A DNA stretch of 53,970 nucleotides from a virus (lineage: Duplodnaviria; Caudoviricetes). A program made the position numbers and the translations under genes. The stretch spans positions 1-53,970 of the IMG/VR virus record IMGVR_UViG_3300025872_000072. One strand, written 5' to 3'. Of the stretch, positions 1-8,128 are shown piece after piece. How positions within the stretch are numbered: the first letter of the stretch is position 1; each line of letters opens with the position of its first letter. The notes under the pieces were generated by a model that searched no databases, was not told where the DNA came from, and saw only the letters and a list, made by a program, of their open reading frames with translations.

Positions 1-207
1 ACGTCATGTGGATCGCTTGAGATTGCACTTCATGCGTTGAAGGCTGAGAAGGACTTCATAGCGCTCACCGAGGTTCTCTTCAAGAACCTTGAAGCTGCGA
101 GTTGCCTGAGTCTTGGACTCAATGACTTCCTTGCAGCAACGGCAAACCAGCACGAGACATTTGTCTACAAGCTGCAGCAGAGGGTCAAGGCGGACATCGG
201 GGCATAG
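1..207 (+). CDS. C-terminal part of a ferritin/Dps-like protein (5' end outside window)
   Basis: Frame +1 is open from base 1 to TAG at 205-207 and reads ...LKAEKDFIALTEVLFKNLEAASCLSLGLNDFLAATANQHETFVYKLQQR. The GLxDFL...HExxxYKL pattern resembles the last Dps helices. It converges on the hairpin at 213-236 and is absent from the ORF track because it has no start here. Confidence 0.55.
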   Translation, partial: TSCGSLEIALHALKAEKDFIALTEVLFKNLEAASCLSLGLNDFLAATANQHETFVYKLQQRVKADIGA

Positions 208-212
208 CAAAA

Positions 213-236
213 CGGGCCACCTAAATGGGTGGCCCG
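213..236. terminator. Intrinsic terminator hairpin between convergent genes
   Basis: Perfect 9-bp stem CGGGCCACC/GGTGGCCCG with a 6-nt loop, followed by TTTT on the minus strand. Confidence 0.75.
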
Positions 237-254
237 GTCAGAAGGAGTAAAGAA

Positions 255-857
255 TCACTTCTTCTTTGCTGCGCCAGCGCCCCTCTTGGCGGCTGTTGCA
301 GCCCCACCCTTCTTACCAAGAGCACCACCTGCAGCTGACGCTGTTGGTCCTTGACCAAGAACTGCAAGGCATGCGTCCGAGGCTATTGTTGCAATCAAAG
401 ACTTAGCCTCATCCTCACTCATGCCTGCCTTGGAAAGGTTAGCAACCCCTGTTGCAATCTCCTTCTTTAGAGCCGAGGAAAGTGAAGCCTGGAATGACTT
501 TTGTGCAGCAAGGGCAGCCTTCTTCACAGCGGCATCCTTGATTGAAGCGATTCCCCTGGTCACGTTCTTCTTGGTATCGGCGGCGGCCTTGGTTATCTTA
601 CCGACAAGGTCGATGGCGGGCTTGAAGGCCTTACCTGCCTCTGTGCCCACCTTGCTGGCTGCTGCGCTTCCGCCTGCAGTGAGGGCAGCAAAGCCTGCCT
701 TGATTGTGTCAAAGAGCCCCTCTTCAAGGACTTCACCTGCTACCCTGTTGGCACGAGCCTCAGTCATCACAAGGCGTGTTTCCTCACCGTCCTGTGAGCG
801 ATTGAACTCCTCCCTGACCATCTGGCGAAGCTTCGCCTCTGTAAGCTTAGTTGTCAT
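255..857 (-). CDS. Ala/Lys-rich probable virion (head-internal) protein with leader KLTEAKLRQMVREE
   Basis: ATG at 857 with GGAGA SD. The leader is shared with the two adjacent genes and a late-type ATAGTTA lies upstream. Confidence 0.65.
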   Translation of the reverse strand: MTTKLTEAKLRQMVREEFNRSQDGEETRLVMTEARANRVAGEVLEEGLFDTIKAGFAALTAGGSAAASKVGTEAGKAFKPAIDLVGKITKAAADTKKNVTRGIASIKDAAVKKAALAAQKSFQASLSSALKKEIATGVANLSKAGMSEDEAKSLIATIASDACLAVLGQGPTASAAGGALGKKGGAATAAKRGAGAAKKK

Positions 858-882
858 CTGACATTCTCCAATGAGACAATGA

Positions 883-889
883 TAACTAT
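883..889 (-). promoter_or_regulatory. Putative late promoter ATAGTTA
   Basis: The same heptamer recurs just upstream of several structural-type genes (8118, 11655, 14876, 49531; ATACTTA at 30702 and 35485). Confidence 0.55.
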
Positions 890-908
890 CCATGAAAGAT
901 GATTAAAT

Positions 909-939
909 TACAAACGCCCAACACAATCAGGCGTTTGCA
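909..939 (-). terminator. Hairpin, possible terminator
   Basis: CAAACGCC/GGCGTTTG stem, extendable with G-U pairs, downstream of 986..1450. The U tail is weak. Confidence 0.4.
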
Positions 940-985
940 AGGAAGGTTGATTAGATCAGGTGTCCAGATGCTTGCTTGAGACCTT

Positions 986-1450
986 TCAAGTCTCAGTCCA
1001 CGGGATGGCACCAGGCTTGAGCGGGATGTTGTACCCTGAACCCTGGAGATCTTCGGGACTTGCTGCCTTGTAATCCTGACTGAGCATCCTCCAGACAGCA
1101 GCCTTGATACTTGTGTCCATGGGGTCGGTGTAGCCGGCCTTTCTTGCGAAATCATTGAACTGCCTGAGAGCAGCCTGCTGATGCTTTGGGTCAGCAGCAA
1201 GAGCAATGAACATGACAGCATACGATCTGCCCATCTTTGAAGCCGGATGCTTTGTCTTGCTGAGCTTATCGAACAGACGATCCTCTGCACGTGCCATTGC
1301 TGCTGCTGACTGGTACTTCACACCCTTTACACGTGGCTCAGCGATCGAACCTTCGGGATCTGCGAATCCACGGCGGCCCATCTCACTGAGTGCCCTTATC
1401 TCTTGACGGACGATCTGACGAAGGCGGGACTCTGTAAGACGAATGGGCAT
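986..1450 (-). CDS. Probable virion-internal protein with leader IRLTESRLRQIVRQE
   Basis: 154-aa ORF with AGGAG SD. The leader is nearly identical to that of 1487..2116. Confidence 0.7.
   Translation of the reverse strand: MPIRLTESRLRQIVRQEIRALSEMGRRGFADPEGSIAEPRVKGVKYQSAAAMARAEDRLFDKLSKTKHPASKMGRSYAVMFIALAADPKHQQAALRQFNDFARKAGYTDPMDTSIKAAVWRMLSQDYKAASPEDLQGSGYNIPLKPGAIPWTET
1406..1444 (-). repeat. 39-nt direct repeat, copy 1, encoding the leader peptide
   Basis: 38/39 nt identical to 2072..2110. Confidence 0.9.
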
Positions 1451-1486
1451 GCTCTGCTCTCCTGTTTTAGTGATGAAGCGATTAAG

Positions 1487-2116
1487 CTATCTACCCACAA
1501 GGATTCTTATTATCTCTCTAGCAAGATGGTTACTCGGTGCGGAACCGTGTTGCCTTGCAAGCTTGATGTAGTCTGGATGCTTCATGATCTGAATAAAGAG
1601 TCTATCTGCCTTACCTGTCTTTCTTGCATAATCGATAGACCTCTTCGGAATCAAAGAGGTATAGATTGGTGCCATCTTCTGGGCTGCAGCGAGAGTATCA
1701 GCTCCTCCCTTGCTACCAAGTCGATCGAGAGCAGCCGCCTGTGCCCATGTCTCAGGGGTGTCCTGGAACTCTTCGACCTGGCTCAGGACGTCGATAATCT
1801 GATCGTCATCCATGGACTGGATCTGCATTGAAGCCATTGAAGCCATCTCGGCGGCGAGGGGGTCGTCCTCTGCTCCACCGAGGATTTGGAGGAGGATGTG
1901 CATTGCTCCCTCGGCGTCTCCCATCCCGATGTATGACCTGATGTCACGAAGATCAGAAGCGTGCGGATTCACAAGCGCGATGATCTCTTGAATCGTCTGC
2001 GGGAGGTTGAGGTTGCTGCTTTCCCTCAAACGACGGGAGCGTGGACGACGAGTGAGTTTTGCAGCCTCCTCACGGACGATCTGACGAAGACGGGACTCTG
2101 TAAGACGAATTGCCAT
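1487..2116 (-). CDS. Probable virion-internal protein with leader IRLTESRLRQIVREE
   Basis: 209-aa ORF with AGGAG SD and an ATAGATA late-like motif at 2145-2151. Confidence 0.7.
   Translation of the reverse strand: MAIRLTESRLRQIVREEAAKLTRRPRSRRLRESSNLNLPQTIQEIIALVNPHASDLRDIRSYIGMGDAEGAMHILLQILGGAEDDPLAAEMASMASMQIQSMDDDQIIDVLSQVEEFQDTPETWAQAAALDRLGSKGGADTLAAAQKMAPIYTSLIPKRSIDYARKTGKADRLFIQIMKHPDYIKLARQHGSAPSNHLAREIIRILVGR
2072..2110 (-). repeat. 39-nt direct repeat, copy 2, encoding the leader peptide
   Basis: 38/39 nt identical to 1406..1444. Confidence 0.9.
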
Positions 2117-2171
2117 TTGATGATTCTCCTAAACGGACAATCATTATCTATTCACCTGTGAGTTAAAACAA

Positions 2172-2201
2172 CACGGGCCCGGCTTTTTTGCCAGGCCCGT
2201 G
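2172..2201 (-). terminator. Intrinsic terminator
   Basis: Minus strand reads CACGGGCCTGGC-AAAAAA-GCCGGGCCCGTG followed by TTGTTTT. Confidence 0.75.
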
Positions 2202-2221
2202 GAGGCTAGAGCCTCAGTCGA

Positions 2222-2413
2222 TCAGGTGCGACCCTGAGCGTCCGTGTCGTCGCCGCTGATGTAGGGACGAGTGTTGGGACCACCGCGGACCTGGAAGTAC
2301 CGGCCGTTGTAGCGGACCACGGCGTAGCCGGAGCGCTGGACGGGAACGCGGAAGATGGTCTCGTTGGTGTTGGTAACGCGGATGCCGATGGGGGTGCGAT
2401 TGCTGACGAACAT
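2222..2413 (-). CDS. Small (63 aa) basic, beta-rich hypothetical protein in its own transcription unit
   Basis: ATG at 2413 after an AAGGAG SD, strong C/G third-position bias, own promoter and terminator. The track's longer start (2602) overlaps the next gene. Confidence 0.75.
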   Translation of the reverse strand: MFVSNRTPIGIRVTNTNETIFRVPVQRSGYAVVRYNGRYFQVRGGPNTRPYISGDDTDAQGRT

Positions 2414-2474
2414 GTGTACTTTGCTCCTTGATTGTTGAAGAATCGGTTGGAAACCATTTCCTTCCGATGATTGA

Positions 2475-2502
2475 ATCATATTACTTGTGGCTGAGTTTAC
2501 AA
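2475..2502 (-). promoter_or_regulatory. Sigma70-like promoter TTGTAA-N16-TATGAT
   Basis: Matches the promoter class recurring across the window. TTGTAAACTCA is also seen at 37360-37370. Confidence 0.6.
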
Positions 2503-2507
2503 GGCCC

Positions 2508-2726
2508 TTAGATCTTTCCGTCAATCTCATCGATGAGGGTCTCACACTCAGCCTCAGAAGACCCGAGCTTCGACTTGATCTTGACAATTCGAATGGCGGC
2601 AAACAGTGCCTTCATGTCAAGCTTCTCCTTGTACTCGTCAATAAGCGCCTTCTTGTCCTCACCGAGGAGCCGCTGCTCGTTCTCAATGGAGGTAAGCTTC
2701 TCAATGAACTCTGTTGCGATGGACAT
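2508..2726 (-). CDS. GapR/DUF2312-like (T4 DsbA-like) small DNA-binding protein
   Basis: FIEKLTSIENEQRLLGEDKKALIDEYKEKLDMKALFAAIRIVK fits the DUF2312 helical pattern. Confidence 0.6.
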   Translation of the reverse strand: MSIATEFIEKLTSIENEQRLLGEDKKALIDEYKEKLDMKALFAAIRIVKIKSKLGSSEAECETLIDEIDGKI

Positions 2727-2742
2727 CCTATTCTCCGTTGCT

Positions 2743-3021
2743 CTACTTGTTCTTGCCCTTTGGCTTTTCACGAACTGTTGTTTGCTTGGTTGGTTCGACA
2801 CTCACAGGAGTCTTCAAACTTGGAACTGGCTGGTGGTCGATCCGCTCGACTGGAATTTCCGGTGGAAAGAGTGCTCTCATCTCCTCGTCATCCGGTGGAT
2901 TCACCTCAATAGAGGCAAGATGCGCAAGGAGGTCTGCGCGGCTTCCAATTTCATTGGTTGAAAGGAAACGTCCAATGTCAATGTTTCTTCGCTTCAGAAA
3001 AGCGTTCCAGCTTGTTTTCAT
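2743..3021 (-). CDS. Hypothetical protein
   Basis: 92-aa ORF with an ATGA overlap to the upstream gene. Confidence 0.6.
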   Translation of the reverse strand: MKTSWNAFLKRRNIDIGRFLSTNEIGSRADLLAHLASIEVNPPDDEEMRALFPPEIPVERIDHQPVPSLKTPVSVEPTKQTTVREKPKGKNK

Positions 3022-3275
3022 GCCTCACCTGTGTTCTGTATTCGTGTTGCCTCGGCAACCAGGTAATCGATGAGGAGACCGACCACCTTGTCATCGTACT
3101 CTTCGGAGAGCTTCTTCCTTGCCTGCTTTGGGGCATTTGACGGATCAACACCACCAAGAAGAAGTTCCTTGAAGATGGTGACGGCACGATCAAAGGCCTC
3201 ATCCACCATCTCTTCTTCCCACTCCATCTCTTCAAGGAGCTGCATCCTAATGTGAAGTGGATGGAATGAAGCCAT
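3018..3275 (-). CDS. Hypothetical acidic helical protein
   Basis: Start at 3275 immediately follows the upstream stop. Confidence 0.6.
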   Translation of the reverse strand: MASFHPLHIRMQLLEEMEWEEEMVDEAFDRAVTIFKELLLGGVDPSNAPKQARKKLSEEYDDKVVGLLIDYLVAEATRIQNTGEA

Positions 3276-3276
3276 C

Positions 3277-3555
3277 CTACTTGACCTCGAGAAGCTCACG
3301 AATGGCAGACTGGAACCGAGGGTCCGCAGCCATGCGGAAGATTTCGGCCTCGGTCGGCTCCGTGCCACCATTGTGAAGCTTGCAGAAGGGACCGGCAATC
3401 TTTGCCAGACCACGAAGAAGGACGTTACGGGCGGTGGCGTGGTTCATCTTGTCGCCATCGTCCGTCATCCGTTCGGCAATCTCGCGGAAGCCCATGCCTC
3501 CCTGGGTGACGGTGGCGTAGCCGTGGGAAGACTTGTGACCCTTGGGCATAGACAT
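3277..3555 (-). CDS. Small HTH protein resembling sigma region 4
   Basis: GMGFREIAERM...MNHATARNVLLRGLAKI HTH pattern, coupled to the sigma gene by a TGATG overlap. Confidence 0.6.
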   Translation of the reverse strand: MSMPKGHKSSHGYATVTQGGMGFREIAERMTDDGDKMNHATARNVLLRGLAKIAGPFCKLHNGGTEPTEAEIFRMAADPRFQSAIRELLEVK

Positions 3556-4328
3556 CAGACACCTCCCTGACGGGCATTGAGGACTTCGATCTCGTCCTGT
3601 GTGATTGGGAAATTCTCATCATCCGTCGGTTCCTCACCGAGGCCGAAGCGAAGGCGGATAATCTTCTCCTCACGAGGACTAAGGGAAGCCAGGGCAGAAC
3701 GGAGGATGACCATCATCTTGTCACGATCAATGGCCTCGCCTGGGTCCTGGGCGTTCATATCCTGGATGGACTCGCCAAGGGAGGGGGAGTCCGGGTCACC
3801 GGGAATACGGCCGGCATCCAGGGAGAGGGTGCCGCGGTAGGTGTTCATGAGTGTCTGGTACATGTTCAGGGAGCAACCCATGAACTCCGCCACCTCCTTG
3901 TCAGAAGGAGCGAAACCAAACTCCTCGGTGTACTCTCGAATCATCATCTTGGCTCGATAGTAGAAGATGTTGGCCGAGGCAGGCATCTTGATGTTCGAGC
4001 CGCTGTCAGAAACAAGGCGGCGGACCGACTGGCGAATCCACCAGGTGGCGTACGTGGAGAACTTGACTCCACGGCGCCAATCGAACCGGTCCACCGCCTT
4101 GATGAGTCCGATGTTGGACTCCTGCACCAGGTCCTCGAAGGCGCAGCCCTTGTTCATGTAGCGCTTGGCGATCGAGATGGCCAGCCGAAGGTTCGACTGA
4201 ATCATCCGGTCCCGAGCACGCTTGTCACCTGCCTCCATTGCCTTGGCCAGCATCTGCTCATCCTCACGGGTGAGAAGGTTGTGCCGTCCGACGTTCTTGA
4301 AGTACATGTTGAGGGTGTCGTACGCCAT
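3555..4328 (-). CDS. RNA polymerase sigma70-family factor (regions 1.2-4)
   Basis: LLTREDE, MIQSNLRLAISIAKRY, DLVQESNIGLIKAVDRFD, KFSTYATWWIRQ, LSPREEKIIRLRFGL. Confidence 0.95.
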   Translation of the reverse strand: MAYDTLNMYFKNVGRHNLLTREDEQMLAKAMEAGDKRARDRMIQSNLRLAISIAKRYMNKGCAFEDLVQESNIGLIKAVDRFDWRRGVKFSTYATWWIRQSVRRLVSDSGSNIKMPASANIFYYRAKMMIREYTEEFGFAPSDKEVAEFMGCSLNMYQTLMNTYRGTLSLDAGRIPGDPDSPSLGESIQDMNAQDPGEAIDRDKMMVILRSALASLSPREEKIIRLRFGLGEEPTDDENFPITQDEIEVLNARQGGV

Positions 4329-4388
4329 GTTTTCCTGGTGGGTTAGAGGAATCCGGATTTTGTAGGAGGATTGTTTCCTCCTTACATT

Positions 4389-4417
4389 AGTATATTAATC
4401 ACCCTGATCAGGATGAA
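4389..4417 (-). promoter_or_regulatory. Promoter TTCATC-N17-TATACT for the sigma gene
   Basis: Shares GTGTTCATC...GGGTGATTA with the promoter at 7235-7263. Followed by a 5' hairpin AGGAGGA/TCCTCCT. Confidence 0.55.
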
Positions 4418-4631
4418 CACCCTTTTTTGCAACCCAGGCCAAATGATTTGCACGAACGATCTTGCGGTGCTCAACCTCTCGAGCGAAGTAGCAGGCCTCG
4501 ACCTCGAGCTCTGGGTGGTTCTTTCCCTTACGACGTTCACGTTCGATGTAGGAGACGAGCGACTGGTGTCGACCCTCGAGCTCCTCGTTAGGCATCAATG
4601 CGATGTCATCATTGGTCAGCTTACGGCTCAT
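4395..4631 (-). CDS. Hypothetical protein
   Basis: 78-aa ORF with an ATGA overlap to the groEL stop. Confidence 0.65.
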   Translation of the reverse strand: MSRKLTNDDIALMPNEELEGRHQSLVSYIERERRKGKNHPELEVEACYFAREVEHRKIVRANHLAWVAKKGVHPDQGD

Positions 4632-6232
4632 TCCTTTGTCTCCATGGTGGGGTCCTCAACAATGCTTGCCCCTACCGAAAGTAACAGTAATCCTGCAGAT
4701 ACTGCATGTTCAAGAGAAGAGACGATCACCTTCACCGGATCAATGATTCCCTCCTCGTAGAGGTCACACCACTCGAGGTTTGAAGCATTGTAGCCGAATC
4801 CAGGATCCTCCCGGACAATTCGATCCACGATAGAGTCAGGGGAAACCCCGGCGTTCTCGAGGATCTGTCGAACAGGTGCTAGACACGCCTTGCGAACGAT
4901 ATCTACACCTGAGCGATACGAGTCATTCTTATTGCGTCCAAGGCGACGCAGGGCCTTTGTTGCCTGGACGAGTGATGTGCCACCGCCAGGAAGGATGCCG
5001 CTTTCGATGGCGGCCTTTGTTGCATGAAGGGCATCGTCCACACGATCCCTGCGTTCACGAACCTCAAGTTCAGTGGCGCCACCAACTCGAATAACGGCCA
5101 CAGCGCCTGAGAGCCTTGCAATCCTGCGCTTGGTCACTTGGATGCGATGTTCGTCAAGGGTCGGATCTTCAAGAGATTCACGAAGGTTTGCAATCCTTGA
5201 CTCAACTCGCTTCTTGTCACCAGTAGGCTGGACAATGATCGTGTTTAGCCTATTGACCTGTACACGCTTGCATGAGCCAAGCCGTGACGTGTCAAGTTCC
5301 TGCAACTCCTTCTCACCACCCAGGAATACCTGGCAGCCCAGAAGGGTCGCAAGGTCCTCCAAGGCAGGAACACGTGAATCACCAAACTCAGGAGCCCTGA
5401 TGACGCAGACGTTGAGGATGCCCTTGGCCTTGTTCATCACGAGTCCCTGGAGTGCCTCACCCTCCACATCGTCTGCAATGATGAGCAGCGGTCTTCCAGT
5501 GCCGAGAACCTTCTCAAGAAGTGGAACGATCTCACGCATTGCTGAGATCTTCTTGTTCGTCACAAGAACGAAGGGTTCCTTGAGCTCGCACACCAACTTG
5601 TCATGATCAGTGACAAAGTAGGGACTGATGTAACCACGATCGATCTCTGCACCCTCAGTTACGGCAAGCGAAGTAGCGTATCCTTTTGCTTCTTCTACGG
5701 TGACGACACCCTCACGACCTACGAGGTTGAGCGCCTGTGTCAGGAGACGACCGATCTCACGTTCACCATTGGCAGAGATCGTGCCGACATTCTCAATCTC
5801 GGAATCAGATTCAACCTTCTTTCCCATCCGCCTGATCTCTGATAGGACGACCTCAGTAGAATCCTCAATGCCACGCCTGATGTCCAGAGGTGAGAATCCT
5901 GCCGAGATGAGCTTCAGGCCTTCTGCAAAGATCGCATGCGTCAGGACGGTTGCGGTTGTCGTACCATCACCCGCTACATCACAGGCTCGCCCCGCCGCCT
6001 CCTTTACGATCTGTGCACCAAGGTTTGCAAACCTATCCTTGAGATTGATTGCCTTCGCAACTGTGACGCCATCCTTGGTCACAAGTGGCGGACCGCCAAT
6101 CTGTTCAATCACAACGTTGTTGCCACGTGGACCAAGCGTCACCTTGACGGCATCTGTCAGTGTCTTGACACCCTGTAACAGGTGACGCCTTGCATCATTG
6201 TCAAACTCAACGAGCTTGTTAGTATCGTACAT
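4628..6232 (-). CDS. groEL: Chaperonin GroEL
   Basis: VTLGPRG, TKDGVTVAK, AGDGTTTATVL, DRGYISPYF, DALHATKAA, GGG, GIIDPVKV. Confidence 0.97.
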   Translation of the reverse strand: MYDTNKLVEFDNDARRHLLQGVKTLTDAVKVTLGPRGNNVVIEQIGGPPLVTKDGVTVAKAINLKDRFANLGAQIVKEAAGRACDVAGDGTTTATVLTHAIFAEGLKLISAGFSPLDIRRGIEDSTEVVLSEIRRMGKKVESDSEIENVGTISANGEREIGRLLTQALNLVGREGVVTVEEAKGYATSLAVTEGAEIDRGYISPYFVTDHDKLVCELKEPFVLVTNKKISAMREIVPLLEKVLGTGRPLLIIADDVEGEALQGLVMNKAKGILNVCVIRAPEFGDSRVPALEDLATLLGCQVFLGGEKELQELDTSRLGSCKRVQVNRLNTIIVQPTGDKKRVESRIANLRESLEDPTLDEHRIQVTKRRIARLSGAVAVIRVGGATELEVRERRDRVDDALHATKAAIESGILPGGGTSLVQATKALRRLGRNKNDSYRSGVDIVRKACLAPVRQILENAGVSPDSIVDRIVREDPGFGYNASNLEWCDLYEEGIIDPVKVIVSSLEHAVSAGLLLLSVGASIVEDPTMETKE

Positions 6233-6233
6233 T

Positions 6234-6419
6234 TCAGTCCTTTAGGATCCGACGTCCTTCCTGAACGGCCTTGACTGGGCGGCCGATCATTCGGCGTTCA
6301 CGTGACACGACATTCTCGGCCACAAGGAGGTCGCCTACCATGATGGCCACCTCATTCTCACTGATCGTACCTTCACCTCGCATGCGAAGTTGCTCGGCAT
6401 CATGTAGCATAGTTTCCAT
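6234..6419 (-). CDS. Small hypothetical protein directly upstream of groEL
   Basis: ATG at 6419 with GGAG SD, 61 aa. The track's longer frame overlaps the exonuclease. Confidence 0.65.
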   Translation of the reverse strand: METMLHDAEQLRMRGEGTISENEVAIMVGDLLVAENVVSRERRMIGRPVKAVQEGRRILKD

Positions 6420-6429
6420 ACTCACTCCG

Positions 6430-7218
6430 TTAGTTGAGATTTGCAAAGGTGTTGACGAACTTGTTCCAAGGACCGTCCTTGAGCAGGGAAGCAAAGCCTT
6501 TGGACTCGAAGAAGGTCTTGATTGCCCATGAATCCATGGTTCCGCTTGTGTGCTCGAGGCCACCATCAATGGGCTCGAAGGTGATGAGCGACATATTGCG
6601 ATGGAAGATGTCGCTTCGACCCTCCTCGGCAAGGAAGGCGGTAAGCTTGTGATTGTCCTCAAGAAGCTTGACTGCGGTCTTGCCACCGATACCCTTGAAG
6701 CCTGGGATGCCATCGGAACCATCGCCTACAAGGGACTTCCACATCACGTAATCGTAAGGAGTGGCATCGATCCAGCGGTCCTTGACGGGATTCCAGAGCT
6801 TGACACGTTCATCGTCAGGAACGAGGAGCTGGGTGAAGTCGGAATCGGTTGAAACGATGACGATCGGGTCGTTTGCATGGACGTGATTCGTGAGGTGTGC
6901 AATGACGTCGTCACATTCACGTTCAGGGTGCCGAATGATATGGACAGGAAGGCGGGACATCACGTTGAGGATGTCTCCATGTTGGCGCCAGAAGTCGTCG
7001 CCGGAGGATGCACGGCCTGCCTTGTAGTCACTGAAGGTTTCGTGGCGCTTCAGGGGCCGGCCTTCCTTGACGATGTAAACGCGGCTTGGATCGAAGGTCT
7101 CAACAGCCTTGCGGAAGATGAGCATGAACGTGTAGGTGATGGAATCATCACCCTTACCGAAACCTGCACGGGCACGATGGACCATATTGTTAAAATCGAT
7201 GAGCAGGATTGGCTTCAT
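6430..7218 (-). CDS. 5'-3' exonuclease / flap endonuclease (T4 RNase H-like)
   Basis: LIDFNN, YKAGR, ECDDVI, STDSDF, GDGSDGIPGFKGIGGKTA. Confidence 0.92.
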   Translation of the reverse strand: MKPILLIDFNNMVHRARAGFGKGDDSITYTFMLIFRKAVETFDPSRVYIVKEGRPLKRHETFSDYKAGRASSGDDFWRQHGDILNVMSRLPVHIIRHPERECDDVIAHLTNHVHANDPIVIVSTDSDFTQLLVPDDERVKLWNPVKDRWIDATPYDYVMWKSLVGDGSDGIPGFKGIGGKTAVKLLEDNHKLTAFLAEEGRSDIFHRNMSLITFEPIDGGLEHTSGTMDSWAIKTFFESKGFASLLKDGPWNKFVNTFANLN

Positions 7219-7234
7219 TATTTCCTCCACATTC

Positions 7235-7263
7235 AGAATATAATCACCCGTTGAACAGATGAA
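7235..7263 (-). promoter_or_regulatory. Promoter TTCATC-N17-TATTCT
   Basis: Near-twin of the sigma-gene promoter at 4389-4417. Confidence 0.55.
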
Positions 7264-7284
7264 CACCCTTTATGGGAACTTTGT

Positions 7285-7707
7285 TTACAGCCCTGGCGGT
7301 AGGATAATTCTCGCCTTGACACCATCATCAAGGACAACAGTCTCACCGTTGATATCATCATCAATCTCTGGCTCAATCTGCCTCTTTTGCGGGACAGTTG
7401 GTGCCACTTCGGCGAAGTGCTTCTTTGCAGCCTGGGTCGCTACATCACAGATCCGCTGTATCGCGGTAGTCGCGTTGACGATTAGGTGCTCCCTCGCATG
7501 CTCGACACCGTCAAAGACTGTGGCATCAAGCTCACTGAGCGGAACACGATTTCTCTTTCCACCCTTGGTTACGATCTCAACCGTGTACTCAGTGCTGGCG
7601 CCTTGGAGGGTCTTCTTCTTCAGCTCCTCGACAACCATGACAGGGTGGATGTTGGTGTCCCCCTTTAGGAGGACAAAAAGAACTTGACCGATGCTGTATT
7701 CCTTCAT
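7285..7707 (-). CDS. Hypothetical protein
   Basis: 140-aa ORF with a probably leaderless start just downstream of a promoter. Confidence 0.7.
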   Translation of the reverse strand: MKEYSIGQVLFVLLKGDTNIHPVMVVEELKKKTLQGASTEYTVEIVTKGGKRNRVPLSELDATVFDGVEHAREHLIVNATTAIQRICDVATQAAKKHFAEVAPTVPQKRQIEPEIDDDINGETVVLDDGVKARIILPPGL

Positions 7708-7743
7708 GTTGGAATACTAACATCGGTCAAGCCTAATGTTCAA
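7683..7743 (-). promoter_or_regulatory. Promoter TTGAAC-N18-TAGTAT overlapping a start-codon-sequestering hairpin
   Basis: CTTGACCGATG/CATCGGTCAAG (11 bp) plus GTATTCC/GGAATAC (7 bp) enclose the ATG at 7707. Confidence 0.7.
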
Positions 7744-7755
7744 TGAATCTTGAGA

Positions 7756-8100
7756 TTACTTGAAGCCGATTCCCTTGAAACCCATTGTGACGCCGTTGCG
7801 ATGTGGTGCCTTCTTGCCGAAGACCTGTCCGCTTGCCCACATCTCCTCGAGTTGGGCACGGACCTTACGGCGAACGTGCATCTCAGCCACGTTCTCCTTC
7901 ACCTTCTCAACGGTCTCATCGGACTCTTCGACCTTGTCCTTGGACTCGTCCTTGTCGGCCTTCTCATACATGCTGCCACCGCACTCACATGTGCCGCCTT
8001 CGTACATGCTGCCACCGCACTCGTCACACGATGAAGCCTCCTCAACACTCTCACGGAGGAGTCCAGAAAGCCTCAGCATCCTATTCTTGTTGAATTCCAT
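7756..8100 (-). CDS. Probable virion-internal protein with RMLRLSGLLRE motif and an ECGGSMYE repeat
   Basis: ATG at 8100 with AAGGAG SD and upstream ATAGTTA. A 20-nt exact repeat lies at 7967-7986 and 8003-8022. Confidence 0.65.
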   Translation of the reverse strand: MEFNKNRMLRLSGLLRESVEEASSCDECGGSMYEGGTCECGGSMYEKADKDESKDKVEESDETVEKVKENVAEMHVRRKVRAQLEEMWASGQVFGKKAPHRNGVTMGFKGIGFK

Positions 8101-8117
8101 AGCTTGCTCCTTACGTC

Positions 8118-8124
8118 TAACTAT
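8118..8124 (-). promoter_or_regulatory. Putative late promoter ATAGTTA
   Basis: Recurrent heptamer upstream of a structural-type gene. Confidence 0.55.
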
Positions 8125-8128
8125 ACAG

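Noticed and set aside
4-210. 68-aa minus-strand ORF in the track
   Set aside because: The plus-strand frame gives a more protein-like Dps-type C-terminus, and this ORF would start directly after the terminator hairpin with no SD.
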